A stretch of 32,000 bases of DNA from the NCBI RefSeq assembly GCF_000020025.1, contig NC_010628.1:1800001-1832000 (forward strand). Reading direction: 5' to 3'. The stretch is from Nostoc punctiforme PCC 73102 (GTDB taxonomy: Bacteria; Cyanobacteriota; Cyanobacteriia; Cyanobacteriales; Nostocaceae). The notes beneath the pieces were generated by a model. It was not told the origin of the DNA, did no database searches, and saw only the letters and a list, made by a program, of their open reading frames with translations. How positions within the stretch are numbered: the first letter of the stretch is position 1; every line of letters starts with the position of its first letter. Positions 26,959 through 32,000 of the stretch are shown here, piece by piece. Made by a program: the position numbers and the translations under genes.

Positions 26959-28110
26959 CTAAGAAGCTCTTACTTCCATGAGAATTTTTGCTACATTCTG
27001 CGCTCTTGCATTCCAGGAATATTTCTCTGTAATTAAGGTATATGCTGTATCTACAAGTAACTGATATTTCTTAAGATTTGAAGCTGCATCTAGCACTGTA
27101 TTAGCGACATCTTCAGTAGAGTATCCTGTTACTAAAAGATGCTCTAAATGCCGAAATTCTTCTAAACCTCGCAATCCTTCTGGTGTTGATACAACTAACT
27201 TTCTACTAGCGAAATAATCTAACGCTTTATTACGAGCGCCACCTGCTACTGCTTGCTTAGAGAACGGTAACAAAGCAATATCTGCATATTTAACATGTTT
27301 AACAAAATCCTCTCTTTTAGGTAAAAATCCCAAAAAAGAAATATTAGAAGGTATTGGTTCTGAAATATCACTACTATCCCTACCTATAACAACAAAATGT
27401 ATTTTCTCCTGATGATTTTCAATATGTTTAGCAACCTGAATAGTCATTGAAACAGACATATCATTACTTGGAAACTGAAATGTTTTAGGAGCAATAAGAA
27501 GCACTATTTTTGCTGGTCTAAATGCTTGATAAGGGTCTTTGCTCAAAAAAGATTCAGTACTTAGTAAGTCTTCAGTAACTCCATTTCCGATACTATAAAT
27601 CTGCTCTGGAGCTTTACCATACCACTGTGAAATTAGTTTAGGAATTGAGTCACCTGCTGCAATAATTGGACTACCAGAAAATATCAGAATTCCCTGAGCA
27701 ATATATGTCTTAATACATTGTACAAACTCTTTGAAAGGATTGGCAACTGAAAACAAGCGCATCCAATATTCATACGCTGAAAATGTATGAAAATCTAAGA
27801 CAAGAGAGGAATTTCTGCGTTTTTTAAGCCTCAGTGAAATTAAAGCAGCTAATCCAGGTAATGTTTCTTGAGCATAAACGATATCTGGACAAAACTCATC
27901 AATACATTTTTCTATAGTTTTAATATATGACTTCAGGCTTCTTGATCCAATAGAAATAGAAGGTGCATACTTAACAGATGAACAATCTAATCCTAGCTGA
28001 AGAACATCAAAATCTTTAGTAAGATATTGTCCTAAATAAAAAGGTCTAGTAAATGCACCAAATGGTTGGCTAGAATCAAGTGTTGAGACAATAAGTAAAC
28101 GTTTTCCCAT
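26959..28110 (-). CDS. GT-B fold glycosyltransferase (GT4/GT1-like)
   Basis: 383 aa. It has the N-terminal KRLLIVSTLDS.. pattern and a C-terminal nucleotide-sugar-binding-like region (LLPFSKQAVAGGARNKALDYFASRKLVVSTPEG). The family call is approximate. Confidence 0.55.
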   Translation of the reverse strand: MGKRLLIVSTLDSSQPFGAFTRPFYLGQYLTKDFDVLQLGLDCSSVKYAPSISIGSRSLKSYIKTIEKCIDEFCPDIVYAQETLPGLAALISLRLKKRRNSSLVLDFHTFSAYEYWMRLFSVANPFKEFVQCIKTYIAQGILIFSGSPIIAAGDSIPKLISQWYGKAPEQIYSIGNGVTEDLLSTESFLSKDPYQAFRPAKIVLLIAPKTFQFPSNDMSVSMTIQVAKHIENHQEKIHFVVIGRDSSDISEPIPSNISFLGFLPKREDFVKHVKYADIALLPFSKQAVAGGARNKALDYFASRKLVVSTPEGLRGLEEFRHLEHLLVTGYSTEDVANTVLDAASNLKKYQLLVDTAYTLITEKYSWNARAQNVAKILMEVRAS

Positions 28111-28223
28111 AATACTGATGATTTAAATATTTAAGAAATTGATTTTTGAAACTACATTTTTTGACTGATTTAGATGTTTATTAATTATCCAAACATGATT
28201 AGTTAACTATCCTAGTAGCAGAA

Positions 28224-29117
28224 TCAAACTTCTGAGTTGCTTTGGTTAATATCTTCAGAAAATGTAGGAGAAATTGCCAAATTTCTGTAACCAATAATTG
28301 CTCTTATATAGGGTAAAAACCAATAGAATATCCATAACGGCCCAGAGTGTCTGATACAAAATATAGTCCAGGGTTTTAATGGAAATCCTTTAATTTGTAG
28401 CGCCTTTTTTAAGCGCTGTAATATACTTAAATTAGTATCTACCCAACTGTTACGGATAGAGTTTTTAGTACAAGTACCAATATATCCAGGAGCTATCCAT
28501 ATTTGACAACCCAATTTACGCGCTCTGAGGGCATAATCTAAATCTCCTAAACTGTGAATAAAAACTGTATCAATATTGCCAACTTTTACAGCAACAGTTT
28601 TAGGGATTAGCACACAGTTACCATACATAGCATCGCATTTTTGAATAATCGAAATTGGTTCTAAAAATTCAAATTTGTTAGAATACCACTTTTTAGATTT
28701 TACTGCTCCTCCATAGGTTGCTTTTCCTGTCATTGGGTCTTTAGTTGAACCAACTACAATTGAGTCTGGATAACCTTGTGCAGTCAAATCTTGATGAATC
28801 TGTAATAATTTGCTGACAGCATTGGGTTCTAGAAATGTGTCATCATTCAACCATAGATAATAATCATATTGATTTTTTATCGCCTCATCAAAGGCAAGAT
28901 GCATTCCTCCTACCCAAAATAAATTACCATTACCCTGAAGAATATGTACATCTGGATATTCTGCTTTGATAGCTTGTGCAGTCCCGTCAGAGCTACCATC
29001 ATCAGTTAGATAAACATCACAATGATGTTTTTGCTCATATAAAGTATGTAGACAGGCAAGAGTTGTATTACGCCTGTTATGACAGGTCATAACTACAGCT
29101 ATATTTGCTTTTTTCAT
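28224..29117 (-). CDS. Family-2 glycosyltransferase (GT-A)
   Basis: The track ORF begins at TTG 29159, but ATG at 29117 gives MKKANIAVVMTCHNRR. It has YLTDDGSSDGT and WLNDDTF (DxD) motifs. Confidence 0.75.
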   Translation of the reverse strand: MKKANIAVVMTCHNRRNTTLACLHTLYEQKHHCDVYLTDDGSSDGTAQAIKAEYPDVHILQGNGNLFWVGGMHLAFDEAIKNQYDYYLWLNDDTFLEPNAVSKLLQIHQDLTAQGYPDSIVVGSTKDPMTGKATYGGAVKSKKWYSNKFEFLEPISIIQKCDAMYGNCVLIPKTVAVKVGNIDTVFIHSLGDLDYALRARKLGCQIWIAPGYIGTCTKNSIRNSWVDTNLSILQRLKKALQIKGFPLKPWTIFCIRHSGPLWIFYWFLPYIRAIIGYRNLAISPTFSEDINQSNSEV

Positions 29118-29193
29118 CTTATTTATCTCACGTAATTTATATGGAAATGAGCAATACAAATAATAAAGCTATATGTAACTATTTACATTACGT

Positions 29194-30210
29194 TTAAAGT
29201 TTAGCCATTTTTTCTATCCAGCTACTTAAATTAATATCTAAATTAAAGTTTTGTAATTTTTGTTCCATTCTTCTAACTACCAACATATATCTGTGCAAAA
29301 CTGATACACGAGGCATTTTTAATCTGACAACCTCTTGACACAACCATAGATATTTTTCGGAATTGATGTTAAGTTTTTTCAATTTTTTTATTTGTGTATT
29401 CCAATCGTTATAGAAGAATAAGTTGAAATAATGAATTGATATAATATCATTCCAATGTTTAATTTGTAATTCTGTTGATAAACGGTTATGTAAAGGTAAT
29501 GGATAACTATAATTAGCAGGAAGATGTTCGACGTTTTCTTCCAAGGCACATAATGTTACAGATAAGACAGACTGCTCAACAAAATAAATACCTTGGGGAG
29601 GAGTGATATCAAGACGCATGACTTTTTCAAAATTCTCTTTCCAAGCTGTAAATATACCCGCACTCCTTCTCACAACGACCAAACCAGAATTCCAGTAAGC
29701 TCTAATCCTTTTTTTACCAATTGGTGTTTCAACAAATACCTCACGCTTTACCCCCAGCACTTCATATAATTTTTGCCAGTACCATTCTTGAGAGTCTCGC
29801 AAACCTGTAGAACCAATCCCTTGACCATACTCAGGACGTAAACGAACGTTACAATTAACAGGCAATAAGAACTCTTTTGGTGCAGAAAAAAAGCATTTGT
29901 CACTGTCTAGAAAAACTAATATTTCTGCATCAATATTTTGTTCTGCATAGGCACACGTCAGGGGCTTATTTGCTAAATAATATTCATGGAATTCTTGATT
30001 TATAGGGACTTGTTGATGATTTACTTGCAATGCTTCAAATGCTTTTTGGGTTTGCTTTGATATTGGTTCACCGACTCTAGGATGAAAACTATATATAGGT
30101 GTATCTTTCAATTCTCCACAGAACTTACGAATACTTTCTGCAAGCATTAATGACTGAGCTTCTAAGCGCCCAGGTTCTGTACAAATTATAAAAGCTATAG
30201 GTATTGACAT
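29194..30210 (-). CDS. Divergent GT-A protein, GT8-like (putative retaining glycosyltransferase)
   Basis: 338 aa. It has IAFIICTE.., VFLDSDKCFF (DxD) and AYWNSGLVVVRR, which resembles the GT8 NSG(V/L) motif. This is weak, motif-only evidence. Confidence 0.4.
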   Translation of the reverse strand: MSIPIAFIICTEPGRLEAQSLMLAESIRKFCGELKDTPIYSFHPRVGEPISKQTQKAFEALQVNHQQVPINQEFHEYYLANKPLTCAYAEQNIDAEILVFLDSDKCFFSAPKEFLLPVNCNVRLRPEYGQGIGSTGLRDSQEWYWQKLYEVLGVKREVFVETPIGKKRIRAYWNSGLVVVRRSAGIFTAWKENFEKVMRLDITPPQGIYFVEQSVLSVTLCALEENVEHLPANYSYPLPLHNRLSTELQIKHWNDIISIHYFNLFFYNDWNTQIKKLKKLNINSEKYLWLCQEVVRLKMPRVSVLHRYMLVVRRMEQKLQNFNLDINLSSWIEKMAKL

Positions 30211-30234
30211 ATTATGAAGTATTTATTTACTAAA

Positions 30235-31506
30235 TTAGTTACTAAATGGAGATTTCTTGCCTACCATCAATATTTCCTCAAATAAAGCTGAATAACGACG
30301 TGCTTGAAGTTCTAGGGTGAATTCTTGTTCTGCTTTCTTGCGAGCATAGAATGACAGTTTTTCTAACCTCTGCTCATTTTCAAGTATCCAGGCAATTCCT
30401 TTAGCGAAATCGTCAACTTCATAAGGGTTAGCTAAATAGCCATTTTGCTGATGCTCGACAATATCTTTTAAGCCAGTAGAATTAAATGCAACAACTGGAG
30501 TACCACAAGCAAGTGATTCAGAAGCTGTCTGTCCAAAAGATTCTTGCAGAGATGGTACAAGCATCACATCAGCTGCCGAGTAAACAGTTGCTAAAGATAG
30601 ATCATCATATAAATGCCCTAAATAGTATGTTTTAAAGCCTAAATCGGGTGGATTTTCCGGTTGAGATGCCCCAAAAATAACCACTTCAAAGTTGTCTTTC
30701 CATCCGGCCTTACTCAATTCTTGTAGAGCTGGCTGCAACAAATGAAATCCTTTATTTCGATCGCTTGTTGCTTCTATAGCTCCAAAGAGAATCAGCTTCT
30801 TATCTTGAGGTAACTTCAGTGTTTCTCGTGCAAAATGTTGATTAATAGGTCGATATTTTTGAGTATCCAATCCATGAGGAATCACCTCGATTCGCAAATT
30901 CTGGAACAAAGAACTGGATCGAGCACACTCTGCTAACCAAGAACTTGGGGAAACCAGAGTTAAATTAATATTTTTCCAAGCTTTTACTTTGCGCCGCCAT
31001 ACCCAACGGGATAAATCCCACTCATTAATACTGTTGAGTTGAGGGCAAGCTCCACAGGATACTTTGTAGCGATCGCATTCTCCAATAACGTGACATCCTC
31101 CAGTAAACCCCCACATATCATGAAGAGTCCAAACTAGAGGATGCTTTAGCTTAGCGAACGTTTCTATTTGCATAAAAGCTCCGCTAATCCAATGCAAATT
31201 GATTATATCTGGATTAATCTGAGCAACTTTAGAAATAACTCTATCTGGCAACCATTGAATAAAAAATGGAGTATTTTTCTTTTGGGTATAAAGCTTTAAT
31301 GGTAGGCATTCAAATGTCAATTTGGCTTTGGCGATGCCTTGAAACAGTCTAATTTTAGGGGCAATTACTGTTTTATCATTACTAGATTTTTCCTGAACTA
31401 GCATTTGTGACTGTAGTCCTATATCTTGCAAACCTGTGTGCAAACGATAGGCAGCCCTTGCAGCACCCCCACCAATATCGTGAGTACTAAGATGTAAAAC
31501 TTTCAT
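30235..31506 (-). CDS. GT4-family glycosyltransferase
   Basis: 423 aa. It has MKVLHLSTHDIGGGAARAAYRL and an E-x7-E block ESFGQTASESLACGTPVVAF. Its start overlaps the upstream gene's 3' end by 20 nt. Confidence 0.8.
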   Translation of the reverse strand: MKVLHLSTHDIGGGAARAAYRLHTGLQDIGLQSQMLVQEKSSNDKTVIAPKIRLFQGIAKAKLTFECLPLKLYTQKKNTPFFIQWLPDRVISKVAQINPDIINLHWISGAFMQIETFAKLKHPLVWTLHDMWGFTGGCHVIGECDRYKVSCGACPQLNSINEWDLSRWVWRRKVKAWKNINLTLVSPSSWLAECARSSSLFQNLRIEVIPHGLDTQKYRPINQHFARETLKLPQDKKLILFGAIEATSDRNKGFHLLQPALQELSKAGWKDNFEVVIFGASQPENPPDLGFKTYYLGHLYDDLSLATVYSAADVMLVPSLQESFGQTASESLACGTPVVAFNSTGLKDIVEHQQNGYLANPYEVDDFAKGIAWILENEQRLEKLSFYARKKAEQEFTLELQARRYSALFEEILMVGKKSPFSN

Positions 31507-32000
31507 TTTCTTTAACTTCGTAATTACTAACTAAAATATTTTTATGATTTCGTTCATATTCAAGAGTCAAAGATAGTGACGTAGTTACATACATTAACCA
31601 ATTCCAACTGGGAGTTAATAATCTTGCTTCTGAAAAATTGACTATTACAATGATAATTAGCATCTGCATTGGCCAATAATCTTCCGGTTTTTTAGCAACA
31701 GAAATAATTCGAGTTAATGCCATTACAAAGAACCGAAAAAAGCCTGCTGCAAAAGTCAAAAAACCTAAAAATCCTAATTCTAACAATAGTTCTAAAAAAC
31801 CATTATGAGCATTACTTGCCCAATCATAAGTAGCTCTTAGATTAGATGCAGAAGTACTAGTCCAAAATCCAGAAAATCCATAACCTAGCCAGGGTCTTTC
31901 CCAAATCTTGGACATCACTAGCTCCCAGAGATCGGAACGTCCATTAAAGGTAAGGTCTTTGCCAGAAGTACTAACTATGGTATCGGCATTATTGATAAGT
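31487..32000 (-). CDS. O-antigen ligase / Wzy-type polymerase-like membrane protein (partial, 5' end outside window)
   Basis: NAHNGFLELLLELGFLGF and the hydrophobic helices are typical of the Wzy_C/O-antigen ligase domain. The frame stays open upstream of the track start (…TFNGRSDLWELVMSKIWERPWLGYGF) to the window edge. Confidence 0.7.
   Translation of the reverse strand, partial: LINNADTIVSTSGKDLTFNGRSDLWELVMSKIWERPWLGYGFSGFWTSTSASNLRATYDWASNAHNGFLELLLELGFLGFLTFAAGFFRFFVMALTRIISVAKKPEDYWPMQMLIIIVIVNFSEARLLTPSWNWLMYVTTSLSLTLEYERNHKNILVSNYEVKENESFTS

Overview
This window looks like chromosomal DNA from a filamentous, Nostocales-type cyanobacterium. The basis is 20 copies of the HIP1 octamer GCGATCGC that I located by eye, heptamer and small dispersed hairpin repeats in intergenic DNA, and the gene content. 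All family calls below come from reading motifs by eye, not from database searches.

Gene order, left to right:
- A T5orf172-domain protein (-).
- A same-strand trio: an exported tandem DUF3131-type protein, a cellulose-synthase-like processive GT2, and a cytoplasmic PIG-L/LmbE deacetylase. The GT2 has no PilZ domain and carries about 100 extra residues between its DDG and DxD motifs.
- Lin0512-family and stand-alone cNMP-binding proteins (-).
- A decayed accessory patch: a broken membrane-anchored coiled-coil gene, a doubly frameshifted ISAzo13-family transposase, 16-bp inverted repeats, and a 12 x 21-bp tandem array.
- A small hypothetical gene, then ileS.
- A PLP-dependent histidine decarboxylase homologue with an unusual PLP-lysine motif.
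- An 1127-aa APC-permease-like/PAS/GGDEF/EAL gene, split by an intact-looking IS4-family element with a 9-bp target duplication.
- A ParA-like ATPase and a deoxyhypusine-synthase-like protein.
- A truncated class III cyclase abutting a relic of the same IS family.
- A Tat-signal GH10 glycanase.
- An AT-rich, HIP1-poor six-gene polysaccharide cluster (GT26, GT4, GT2, GT8-like, GT4, Wzy/O-antigen-ligase-like) that runs off the right edge.

I saw no rRNA, tRNA or CRISPR array. The best candidate for something undescribed is the tandem-DUF3131 / PilZ-less synthase / PIG-L module at 1104-7240.
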